Assembly (NCBI GenBank): GCA_965242525.1
Contig: OZ251459.1
Coordinates: forward strand, 1,568,001 to 1,632,000
DNA from: an uncultured Candidatus Binatia bacterium
GTDB lineage: Bacteria > Desulfobacterota > Binatia > UBA9968 > JAJDTQ01
DNA: 64,000 nucleotides
Direction of reading: 5' to 3'
Below, piece by piece: positions 48,696 to 57,085 of the stretch. Within the stretch, counting starts at the first letter, position 1; each line of letters opens with the position of its first letter. Both the position numbers and the translations under genes were made by a program. Under the pieces are notes generated by a model. It saw only the letters and a program-made list of their open reading frames with translations, did not search any database and had not been told where the DNA came from.

Positions 48696-51631
48696 ACGGG
48701 AAGCACCGAACCGGGGACGTGCGGAAGCCGGCGCCGGGCAGCCTCCGGGAAATCGCCCTCGCGCACGGCGAGCCGTTCATCGGAGGCGGCAACCGCCCCA
48801 TCCGCCTGTCCGACCCCGAGACCCTGTGGTACGTGGTCAAGGGCACCATGGACGTATTCACCGCCCAACATTCCGCGGACAGGGAGACGTCGGACTTCAA
48901 GCATCTCCTGCGCGCGGGCGCCGGCCGGTGGATCTTCAGCATCGCCAACGAGGAGGACGCCTCCACGTCCCTGTACATCGCCAAGGGGCTCCCCGACACC
49001 GAGCTCCGCTGCGTCCCCCGGACCGCCCTGACCGGACCCGGGACGGCCGGACTCCTGGCCGAACAGGCGGACGCCTGGATTGCCGACCTCGCCGCGGCCA
49101 TCGCCCGGGAAGTGGAGCCGCGCCCGCGCCCCCAGCGCTTCCTGACCCCGGGCGAGGACGTCGAGGCCGCGGCCGAGAACGTGCTGTCCACCCGCCGCGG
49201 CGTGGTCTGGGTCTCGACCCAGGTGGGGAACGCGGCTTTCCTCGACACCGGCGAGCCTACCGGCAGCGGTCCGGGCTTCATCCCCGTCTCCGCGGGTAGC
49301 TGGATACGGCTGTTCCACCCCTGCCGACTGGCCGTCACCACGTCCGCGGCCCTCGAAGCCGACGGCCTGCTGTTCTCCGCCCTGGCCGAGTTCCATCGAC
49401 TGGCGCTGTCCGCGGAGGAAATCAACCGGCGCCTGGTGCTCGTGGACATGGCCAACTTGCAGCGGGCCCACGTCCAGCGCCGGAGCCGGAGCGAAGAGCG
49501 CGCCCGGGACAGCCTGCTCGGCGTGCTGAACGAGCGGCGGTCCCCCGCGGGGGACCGCGGGACCGGCCTGTTGCGCGCCCTGGAGCAGGTGGGCCGCCAC
49601 GAAGGCATCCGGTTCCGCACTCCGCCCCGCCGGCGGGGAACGGACGAGGACGCCCCCGACCTGACGGAGATCCAGCGCGTGTCGGGGGTCCGCGCGCGCA
49701 GGGTCAAGCTCGCCGTCGAAGACCATTGGTGGCGCGGCGACAGCGGCGCGATGCTGGCGTTCCGGCGCGAGTCCGGGAACCCGGTGGCGCTGGTCCCGGG
49801 CGTGTGGGGCCGTTACCAGATGATCGACCCGGAGACGGGCCGTTCGGAGCGGGTGGACGAGGGCCTGGCCCGGGACCTCGCTTCCGAGGCGTACTTCTTC
49901 TACCGCCCGCTGCCGCAGGAGGAAACGGTCCGTCCCGGCGCCCTGTTCCGCTTCGCGTTCCGCGGGCTCGGAAAAGACCTGGCGCGCTTCATCCTGGCGG
50001 GACTGCTGGTGGGCCTCATGATGCTGACGCCGCCCATCCTGCTCGGCGCCCTGGTGGACCGCGTGATCCCCAGCGGGTCCGGCTGGCAAGTCCTGGAGCT
50101 GTCCCTGTCCCTGGTCCTGCTGGCGGTCCTCACCGCGCTCCTGCATCTCCTCCAGGGAACCGCCCTGATGCGGCTGGAGGCCGCAGCCGCGGCCCGGGTG
50201 GGCGCGGCGCTCTGGGACCGGCTGCTCGGCCTGCCGCAGCGGTTCTTTCGTCGCTTCTCCTCCGGCGACCTGACCATGCGCACCATGGCCTTCCAGGGAC
50301 TGCGCGACCAGGTCTCGGGGGTGGTCGGCAACGCCCTCCTGTCGGTGGTCTTCCTCCTGCCCACCTTCCTGCTGCTGTTCGTCTATGACACCGGGATCGG
50401 CTGGCTCGGCCTGGGGCTGGGACTGTCCTCCCTGGGGGTGACCGCGGCCATCGGCGTCCTCCAGCTACCCCACCAACGGCGCCTGCTCGCCATCTCGAGA
50501 CGGCTTGCGGGCAGGCTGGTGCAACTGCTGAACGGCGTCAGCAAGCTGCGGTCCACCGGCTCCGAAGGCATCGGGTTCGCCTTGTGGGCGCAGGACTACC
50601 GGGAACAGAAGCAGACCGAGATGCGGCTCGGCAGGCTGAACGAGCACCTGATCGCCTTCCTGGCGGCCGCGCCCCTGCTGGCCGCGGCCGCGGTGTTCGC
50701 CGCGGCCATGCACGACGGCCGCGCGGTCCTTCCGGTCGGGGACTTCCTCACCATCTACGCAGCGTTCATGGTGTTCTATTCCGCGGTGGCCAGGCTCGGC
50801 GCTTCGTTCTCCGCGGTGGCCGCGGTCATGCCCGCGTACGAGCAGGTGACCCCGATCCTGGAGTCGAAGCCGGAGACGGGCGCCAAGGGCGAGCCGCCGC
50901 CGGAGCTCAGCGGCGAACTCCACGTGGACCACGTGAACTTCCGCTACACGGAGGACGGTCCCCTGGTCCTGCAGGACGTCTCCATCCACGCACGGGCCGG
51001 CGAGTTCGTGGCCATCGTGGGGGAATCCGGCGCGGGCAAGAGCACCCTGTTCCGGCTCGCCCTCGGACTCGAGGCGCCGCTGTCGGGGGCCGTTTACTAC
51101 GACGGGCGCGACCTCGCGCGACTCAACAAGCGGGCGGTGCGCAGCAGGATCAGCATGGTGGTGCAGGACGTGTCGCTGCACCCCGGCACCGTGCTGGAGA
51201 ACATCGTCGGAGTGTCCGGGAACCTCACCGAGGACGACGCCTGGCGGGCCGCCCGCCAGGCCAGCGTGGACGAAGACATCGCCGCCATGCCCATGCAGAT
51301 GCACACCCCGACCGGAGACAAGTCCGCGACTTTCTCGGGCGGGCAGATCCAGCGGATCATGCTGGCCGCGGCGCTGGTCCGGGACCCGAGCGTCCTGTTC
51401 CTCGACGAGGCCACCAACTGGCTCGACAACAAGAGCCAGGCGCAAGTGATGCACAACGTGGCCGAGCTTGCCGTCACCCGGTTCGTGACGGCCCACCGCC
51501 TGTCCACCATCCGCATGGCCAACCGCATCTACGTGCTGCAGGACGGCCGGGTGGTCCAGACCGGAACCTTCGACGAGCTGTTCGAGATCGACGGCCCCTT
51601 CCGCAACCTGGTGCGGCGGCAAATGGCCTGA
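48692..51631 (+). CDS. NHLP bacteriocin export ABC transporter, permease/ATPase subunit (no peptidase)
   Basis: N-terminal cNMP-like region, WWRGDSG, FYRPLP, GESGAGKST, FSGGQ.QR, DEAT, AHRLSTI. Confidence 0.93.
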   Translation: MNGKHRTGDVRKPAPGSLREIALAHGEPFIGGGNRPIRLSDPETLWYVVKGTMDVFTAQHSADRETSDFKHLLRAGAGRWIFSIANEEDASTSLYIAKGLPDTELRCVPRTALTGPGTAGLLAEQADAWIADLAAAIAREVEPRPRPQRFLTPGEDVEAAAENVLSTRRGVVWVSTQVGNAAFLDTGEPTGSGPGFIPVSAGSWIRLFHPCRLAVTTSAALEADGLLFSALAEFHRLALSAEEINRRLVLVDMANLQRAHVQRRSRSEERARDSLLGVLNERRSPAGDRGTGLLRALEQVGRHEGIRFRTPPRRRGTDEDAPDLTEIQRVSGVRARRVKLAVEDHWWRGDSGAMLAFRRESGNPVALVPGVWGRYQMIDPETGRSERVDEGLARDLASEAYFFYRPLPQEETVRPGALFRFAFRGLGKDLARFILAGLLVGLMMLTPPILLGALVDRVIPSGSGWQVLELSLSLVLLAVLTALLHLLQGTALMRLEAAAAARVGAALWDRLLGLPQRFFRRFSSGDLTMRTMAFQGLRDQVSGVVGNALLSVVFLLPTFLLLFVYDTGIGWLGLGLGLSSLGVTAAIGVLQLPHQRRLLAISRRLAGRLVQLLNGVSKLRSTGSEGIGFALWAQDYREQKQTEMRLGRLNEHLIAFLAAAPLLAAAAVFAAAMHDGRAVLPVGDFLTIYAAFMVFYSAVARLGASFSAVAAVMPAYEQVTPILESKPETGAKGEPPPELSGELHVDHVNFRYTEDGPLVLQDVSIHARAGEFVAIVGESGAGKSTLFRLALGLEAPLSGAVYYDGRDLARLNKRAVRSRISMVVQDVSLHPGTVLENIVGVSGNLTEDDAWRAARQASVDEDIAAMPMQMHTPTGDKSATFSGGQIQRIMLAAALVRDPSVLFLDEATNWLDNKSQAQVMHNVAELAVTRFVTAHRLSTIRMANRIYVLQDGRVVQTGTFDELFEIDGPFRNLVRRQMA

Positions 51632-51712
51632 CCGTCGTTCGGGCAGGCCGTCGTTCCCGCAGGCGCCCGCCTCCGTCGTTCCCGCAAGCACGCGCCCGCG
51701 GAAGCGCCGGGA

Positions 51713-52000
51713 TTACCAATCGTCGACGATGCTCCGCCCGCTCGGGTTTGGCTGCCATCCGTACACGCCGCCAGCGACCGCCTGCAGGTCGCCGTCGCCC
51801 AGCCGGCTGTCGGGGGGCAGGACCAGATGCGCAGCCTCGCCGCTCTCTTCGTGGACCTCGATGGACAGGGACGCCGGAATGGTGACGCCCAATTCCTGCT
51901 CCACCGCCCCCTTCGGGTCGCTGAGAAGCCGGGCGCGGAACTCCGCGTCCTCCATCGCCTTGCCCACGATCTTCGCCTGCATTTCCTTCGCCGTTTCCAT
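51713..52000 (-). CDS. NHLP-leader RiPP precursor 1; predicted core VYGWQPNPSGRSIVDDW
   Basis: Leader KAMED.EFRARLL.DPK..VE.ELG..IP....IEVHEE....HLVLP..LQAVAGG. Confidence 0.93.
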   Translation of the reverse strand: METAKEMQAKIVGKAMEDAEFRARLLSDPKGAVEQELGVTIPASLSIEVHEESGEAAHLVLPPDSRLGDGDLQAVAGGVYGWQPNPSGRSIVDDW

Positions 52001-52036
52001 GGCTCGTCCCTCCTCGACAGACTGATAACTACGTGC

Positions 52037-52104
52037 AATTTACGATACCGCTTCATCCAATGTCAAGGCCATATGCACGAAAACCAGTGTTATCAGGGAT
52101 TTTC
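52037..52104 (-). promoter_or_regulatory. Putative sigma70 promoter plus conserved upstream box for precursor 1
   Basis: TTGACA-18-TAAATT, with GAAAATCCCTGATA 24 nt upstream of the -35 element; same layout at 55060 and 56998. Confidence 0.65.
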
Positions 52105-52201
52105 GTGGAACCCGGCCTTCCGTTCATCCACCTGCCCGATTCCATCGCCATCCGCTCCAAGCTCGACCGCCGAACCACCGGGCGTCCGCCTGGCCGGAGT
52201 C

Positions 52202-52306
52202 GCCGCCATGCCCATGCAGATGCCCACCGCGACCGGAGGCAAGTCCGCGACTTTCTCGGGCGGGCAGGTCCAGCGGATCATGCTGCCGCAGCGCTGGTCC
52301 GGGGCC
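52202..52306 (+). pseudogene. Duplicated fragment of the NHLP ABC transporter ATPase region
   Basis: Near-copy of about 51281-51386 (AAMPMQM.T..G.KSATFSGGQ.QRIML) that then frameshifts. Confidence 0.8.
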
Positions 52307-52377
52307 CCGTCATTCCTGCAAGCGTGCCCTCGTCCGCAGGCACACACATCCGGAAGGTCTGAACAATGTCATACCTC

Positions 52378-52780
52378 CCTTGGGAATGCGCGTCCTTCGA
52401 CTTCGCTACGCTACGCTCAGGACGAACGGAATGGTTGTTCAGGGTTTCCTTGAAAACCTCTGAACAATCGAAACATCCGGGATGGATTCCCGATTCCCTC
52501 ACCCTGACGCCCCTGTCCCCGTTCGTCCTGAGCGTAGCGAAGCGAAAACCTCCGTTCGTCCTGAGCGTAGCGTAGCGAAGTCGAAGGACGCGCTCATGCC
52601 CCCTGTCTGTCCCGATTGTTCAGAGGTTCCCTCGGTCATTCCCGCGAAAGCATGTCCTCGCGGAAGCGGGGGCGGGAATCTCGTCGTACAAGCCTCGATG
52701 GATGGATTCCCGCTTTCGCGGGAATGACGGAGGTGCGTGCCCGCGAACGGGGTGCGTGCCCGCGAACGGGGTGCGTGCCT
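52378..52780. repeat. Repeat cluster: family A copies, MITE-like element (52455-52628), family B palindrome (52635-52730) and a short 19-bp tandem
   Basis: Matches to elements at 39625-39765, 3578-3716 and 44986-45130. Confidence 0.8.
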
Positions 52781-52840
52781 GCAGGAATGACGGAGGTGGC
52801 CGCCGCGGGAACGACGGGGTGTGCTTTTGGGCGTTTCGGG

Positions 52841-53962
52841 CTAGTCCCGGGCGAGGGAACAGATCAGGCCGGCGTATGCCTTGGCGGCGACCCCGGCGTC
52901 CGTGACCGTGAGCTTGACGTGGTTGACCCCCTTGTAAACGAGGAACACGCCCCGACGGTCGTACATCCTGTCGAGCGCGCACCACTGGAGCAGCCCCTGC
53001 GCCTTCGCCGCCAGGCACCAGCCGCGGAGCGCCAGCCGCTCCACCACCGGCCGCCAGGCGCTCCGCCCCGTGGTCAGCCAACTGTCCATGGCGTCGTCGC
53101 CCCACGACCCCGCATGGTACAGTTCCAGGCCGATCCTGGGCAGCAGCCCCGAGTCGGCCACGTCCACCGACAGCCGGAAGCGGGGCAACACGTCCCCGAG
53201 GTCGGCCAGCAACTCCGTGGCAGGGCGAACCGCAGCGCTCCGGCCCAACCGCTCCAGCACCCCGGCAACCTCGTCGCGCCCGATCTCCTGAACCACCAGC
53301 CGCACCGCCCGCGGCGTCCGGCTCGGCAACGCTCCGACATGGGCGACCCTGGCGTCCGGCGGCAGCGCCGCCAGCGCCCGCGCCACCCACCGCAGCGCCT
53401 CGTCCTCATCGGTCCAGCCCACCGCGCCGGCCAGCGCCGCGATCGGCAAGGGCTGCGGACGGTCATGGGGCCCGGATTCCTCCGTGCGCCGTATCTTCAA
53501 GAAGACCCCCGGATCCGGGCGCGGGTCGGCCGGCGCCTCGGCCAGGTCGTATTCGAGCATGGTTCCGGCGATGCAAGCGTGCAACTCGGAGTCGGCCTGC
53601 CCGATCCGGGCGAGGTACCGGGACAGCGCCGCCGCCGCCGAGCCCGGACGGGCGGCTTCGCCCCTGCGGATGAAGTGCCGCGCGAGCGGGCTCCCCGACC
53701 TCACCACCACGAACAGGTCCGCCGCCGGCGTCTCCTCGCCGAGCCGGAACTCGCAACCGAGGAACGCCGACGACCCGGCGTCCGGCAGCTCCGCGGCGCA
53801 GGCCGTCAACCGGTCCCATCCGAGGCCGTCGAGCAAGGAACGCGGTATCAGCGGGCGGAGCCCCGCGAGCACCGCCTCCGGCGCGCGGCGCGCATCGTGG
53901 GTCGATGCAGCAAACGCGGGCTCGGCAGCCTCAACCAAGGGAAACGGGCTCGACGCCACCAT
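52841..53962 (-). CDS. Putative RiPP maturase, ABBA-type prenyltransferase-like
   Basis: Directly downstream of three precursors. Motifs GCEFRLG..ADL, MLEYD, PRIGLELY and NHVKL...AKAY are reminiscent of PT-barrel enzymes; the fold assignment is inference. Confidence 0.6.
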   Translation of the reverse strand: MVASSPFPLVEAAEPAFAASTHDARRAPEAVLAGLRPLIPRSLLDGLGWDRLTACAAELPDAGSSAFLGCEFRLGEETPAADLFVVVRSGSPLARHFIRRGEAARPGSAAAALSRYLARIGQADSELHACIAGTMLEYDLAEAPADPRPDPGVFLKIRRTEESGPHDRPQPLPIAALAGAVGWTDEDEALRWVARALAALPPDARVAHVGALPSRTPRAVRLVVQEIGRDEVAGVLERLGRSAAVRPATELLADLGDVLPRFRLSVDVADSGLLPRIGLELYHAGSWGDDAMDSWLTTGRSAWRPVVERLALRGWCLAAKAQGLLQWCALDRMYDRRGVFLVYKGVNHVKLTVTDAGVAAKAYAGLICSLARD

Positions 53963-53998
53963 CGCGCCTCCGCGGGAGCGCTGGGAACCCCGGCGGGG

Positions 53999-54280
53999 TC
54001 ACCAGTCCAGAACGCCCTTCCCCTGCTTGAAGTCCTCCCAGCTATATCCTCCCGCAACCGCTTGCAGGTCGCCTTCGTTCAGCTTGCTGTCGGGGGGCAG
54101 GACCAGATGCACAACCTCGGCGCTCTGTTCGTGGACCTCGATGGACAGGGACGCCGGAATGGTGACACCCAACTCCTGCCCGATGGCTCCCTTCGGATCG
54201 CCGAGCAGCCGGGCGCGGAACTCCGCGTCCCCGGCCGCCTTGCCCACGATCTTCGCCTCCAATTCCTTTGCCGTTTCCAT
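53999..54280 (-). CDS. NHLP-leader RiPP precursor 2; predicted core YSWEDFKQGKGVLDW
   Basis: METAKELEAK...EFRARLLGDPK...HLVLPP...LQAVAGG; AGGAG RBS. Confidence 0.93.
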   Translation of the reverse strand: METAKELEAKIVGKAAGDAEFRARLLGDPKGAIGQELGVTIPASLSIEVHEQSAEVVHLVLPPDSKLNEGDLQAVAGGYSWEDFKQGKGVLDW

Positions 54281-54332
54281 TGGTTTGCTCCTTCCTGGAG
54301 AGAGTGACGGCCAAGCGCGACCCACGGCGGGA

Positions 54333-54623
54333 TCACCAGTCAAGCAATCCTCCGCCTTTCGTGGCTTCGTGGTAGTCATCCCAGGTAAGCCCGCCGGCGA
54401 CCCCCTGCAGGTCTTTTTCGCTCAGCTTGCTGTCCGGGGGCAGAACGAGATGCGCGGTCGCGGCGCTATCCTGGTGGACTTGGATGGACATGGACGCCGG
54501 AATGGGGACGCCCAACTCCTGCCCGATGGCTCCCTTCGGGTCACCGAGCAGCCGGGAGCGGAACTCCGCGTCCTCGGTCGCCCTGCCCACGATCTTCCCC
54601 CGCATTTCCTTCACGCTTTCCAT
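54333..54623 (-). CDS. NHLP-leader RiPP precursor 3; predicted core LTWDDYHEATKGGGLLDW
   Basis: MESVKEMRGK...EFRSRLLGDPK...HLVLPP...LQGVAGG; GGAGG RBS. Confidence 0.93.
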   Translation of the reverse strand: MESVKEMRGKIVGRATEDAEFRSRLLGDPKGAIGQELGVPIPASMSIQVHQDSAATAHLVLPPDSKLSEKDLQGVAGGLTWDDYHEATKGGGLLDW

Positions 54624-54723
54624 GTTTCGTTCCTCCTCCATCGAGCGATGGTTGCGCACGCCCCACGTTCACGGGCAACCTGCGATACCGGCTCACCGGA
54701 TGAAGCGACACGGTCCGGCGGTA

Positions 54724-55023
54724 CTACCAGTCGGCCACGACATTCCAACTGTCATCCACACGCACACCGTTTTCGTCGTACACCGCGGCGGCGCCGGCGA
54801 CGGTCTCCATCTCGCTTTCGCTCAGCCTGCCGTCGGGGGGCAGGACCAGATGCGCAGCCTCGGCGCCCTCTTCGTGGACCTCGATGGACAGGGACGCCGG
54901 AATGGTGACGCCCAATTCCTGCTCCACCGCCCCCTTCGGGTCGCTGAGCAGCCGGGCGCGGAAGTCCGCGTCCTCCATGGCCTTGTCCACGATCCTCGCC
55001 TGCATTTCCTTTGCCGTTTCCAT
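54724..55023 (-). CDS. NHLP-leader RiPP precursor 4; predicted core AAVYDENGVRVDDSWNVVADW
   Basis: METAKEMQAR...DFRARLLSDPK...HLVLPP...METVAGA; GGAGG RBS. Confidence 0.92.
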   Translation of the reverse strand: METAKEMQARIVDKAMEDADFRARLLSDPKGAVEQELGVTIPASLSIEVHEEGAEAAHLVLPPDGRLSESEMETVAGAAAVYDENGVRVDDSWNVVADW

Positions 55024-55059
55024 GCCTCGTCCCTCCTCCATAGAGTGCCGAACACGTGC

Positions 55060-55127
55060 AACCTACGATACCGGCTCGCCCAATGTAAAGTCCCCATGCA
55101 TGAAAAATGAGTCTATCAGGGATTTTC
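55060..55127 (-). promoter_or_regulatory. Putative sigma70 promoter plus conserved box for the precursor 4-3-2/maturase unit
   Basis: TTTACA-18-TAGGTT, with GAAAATCCCTGATA 24 nt upstream of the -35 element. Confidence 0.62.
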
Positions 55128-55206
55128 GGGGAACCATGCCTTCCGTTCGTCCGCCCGCCCGATTCGGTCGCGGCCCGTTCCGGGGCGGGCGCCGGACGCT
55201 TCGGGT

Positions 55207-56571
55207 TCACCCATGCTCCGGCCCGGAGGACGGCGGCGCCGCGCAAGCGACCCCCCGGATGACCAGGAGCTTGAGGAACTCGTCCGCCGACCCTGCCGGA
55301 GTTCCCTCGGGGACCGTTTCCCGGAAAGCCCCCACGCGCACGGTCCCTCCCCGCAGGAGCGAGGCCAGCAACTCCATGCACCGGCCGTCGAAGGTCCAGC
55401 GGTAGCCGTGGGCCTCCAGCACCGCCTCCCCGTCGGCGTTCCGCTCCAGGGTCGCGTGCCGGGCGCCCCGGAGCCGGACCCCGTAACTCTCCCAGTCCGG
55501 AGAGTTCCAGGGGTCGATGCAGGGGCCAAGGCTCGTCCGGGGGCTCTCGGACCACGTGGAGCGCAGGTGGTCGCGGAACTTCCGTCCGACGTCCCCTTGC
55601 AGCTCCCGGAGGACCAGCTCCCTGAGCGCCGTGTAGTGGGCGGCGCCGGTCCGGTCCGTGGGGTGGGGGAGGTCCCGGCGGAAGGTCTCGTGGCGAGCGA
55701 GCCTGCCGGAGAGCCACTCCATGAATTCCAGCCCGGTGACCGGGAGGACGCTGCAGGTGAGGTGCAGGCTGCCCGAGCCGCCCTGCCCTCCTTCGTCCTG
55801 GGTACGGGCGTCGTGCCACCACCCCCGCGGGACGTAGAGGACGTCGCCCGACCGGACCACCTCGCTCCACACCGGCTCCCGAGGCGGCTCCACGTTGGGT
55901 TCCGAGTCCCGACCCAGGGGAAAGCGCCGCGTTTCGCCGTAGAGCCGCCAACGCTTTGCGCCGGCCGCCTGCAGCACGAACACGTCGTGGTCGTCCCAGT
56001 GCACGGAAAAGCCCCGGGTGGCCGTCCAGGAGGCGTAGAGGTTGATCCCGGTGTAGCCGCCCAGGGTCTCCTCGATTGCCTCGGCCACGGGGCGGAGAGG
56101 GGGATGGATTTCGTTGACGCCGTGCATGGCCACGCTGGCGCCCGTACGGAGGAAGGTCGCCAGCCGCGCGTCGTCGATGCAGGTTTCCTCCGGGCCTCCC
56201 CTTCTCCCCCTCCATCCGTGGCCGAACTGCGGCGTCGTGTAGTAGTTCGGGGCAACCGTCTTGCCGTCCTGCACCAGGTGCATCCGGTTGCGCCACGCGC
56301 CCGACGACAGCAGCCCGTTGAGCGCTTCCCAGGTGCAAAGGGACGCGAAACGCGGACCCTTCGCCCGGAACAGCACCGGCCGTTTGTCCCGGTAGCGGGT
56401 GTCCAGGAACTCCTGGGTGGCGAGGGGCCGGACCAGGCTCTCGAACCCGGACTCCGGTCCGTACGGCGCCGCATCGGCCGCCAGCACCTCCACCGGGCCG
56501 GCGCCGGGGGGGACGGTCCGTTCGGGGCGCGTTTCCGCGCCGGGGCCTCCCGGCGAGGCGGGGCCGGTCAT
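55207..56571 (-). CDS. JmjC/cupin_4 (YcfD/ROX-like) Fe(II)/2-oxoglutarate oxygenase
   Basis: NLYASW...GF.VHWDDHDVFVLQ..G.KRWRLY, GDVLYVPRGWWHDA, SLHLT. ATG 56571 overlaps the upstream stop. Confidence 0.88.
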   Translation of the reverse strand: MTGPASPGGPGAETRPERTVPPGAGPVEVLAADAAPYGPESGFESLVRPLATQEFLDTRYRDKRPVLFRAKGPRFASLCTWEALNGLLSSGAWRNRMHLVQDGKTVAPNYYTTPQFGHGWRGRRGGPEETCIDDARLATFLRTGASVAMHGVNEIHPPLRPVAEAIEETLGGYTGINLYASWTATRGFSVHWDDHDVFVLQAAGAKRWRLYGETRRFPLGRDSEPNVEPPREPVWSEVVRSGDVLYVPRGWWHDARTQDEGGQGGSGSLHLTCSVLPVTGLEFMEWLSGRLARHETFRRDLPHPTDRTGAAHYTALRELVLRELQGDVGRKFRDHLRSTWSESPRTSLGPCIDPWNSPDWESYGVRLRGARHATLERNADGEAVLEAHGYRWTFDGRCMELLASLLRGGTVRVGAFRETVPEGTPAGSADEFLKLLVIRGVACAAPPSSGPEHG

Positions 56572-56909
56572 GCTTCGCCCTTCTTTCCCGAGGCCTTCGC
56601 GGGTTCCCGTTCCTCCACCGCGGCGTCCGGGGCGGTCGGGTCCGGGACGATCTTGACGCTGATGCGCGGAACGGGCCTGGAGGCGCCCCCGGACAGGACC
56701 CGAAGGTAATCCGCTTCCTGCTCGAAGACCCTGCGGGAGGCGAGGCACACGATGGGCGTCCCGTCCCGCAGCAGACTCCCCATGTCCGCGGCGCCCGGGA
56801 GCGGCCGGCGGTCGATTTCCCGGTCGTCGGCGCCCGGGGGACACGCGGACGCTTCGGGGACGGAGGCGCCGCCTGCGTCCCCCGCGGGCGGGCGTTGGTC
56901 CGTGCTCAT
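56568..56909 (-). CDS. Small hypothetical protein translationally coupled to the JmjC gene
   Basis: GGGAGG RBS before ATG 56909; ATGA overlap with JmjC; lies downstream of the promoter at 56998. Confidence 0.6.
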   Translation of the reverse strand: MSTDQRPPAGDAGGASVPEASACPPGADDREIDRRPLPGAADMGSLLRDGTPIVCLASRRVFEQEADYLRVLSGGASRPVPRISVKIVPDPTAPDAAVEEREPAKASGKKGEA

Positions 56910-56997
56910 GTGCGACCTCCCTCTTCGAGGCCGTTGCGGAGTCCCTCGACGCCCATGGAACCCCTCCCGGTTGCGGCGATGCCAACGACCTGACGGG

Positions 56998-57064
56998 AAG
57001 ATAGCGGACCTCTACCCCAATGTCAAAACAGTGACGCCCAAAAAGTGGATTATCCGGGTTTTCC
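56998..57064 (-). promoter_or_regulatory. Putative sigma70 promoter plus conserved box for the hypothetical/JmjC unit
   Basis: TTGACA-17-TATCTT, with GGAAAACCCGGATA 24 nt upstream of the -35 element. Confidence 0.65.
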
Positions 57065-57085
57065 GTGGGAAGCGGCCGTGCGCTT

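Noticed and set aside
52732-52780. 19-bp tandem repeat GGTGCGTGCCCGCGAACGG
   Set aside because: Only about 2.5 copies inside a repeat cluster, with no evidence of independent function.
51713-55023. Lanthipeptide, thiazole or polytheonamide-type classification of the precursors
   Set aside because: The cores have no Cys, and the window has no LanM, YcaO or radical SAM gene.
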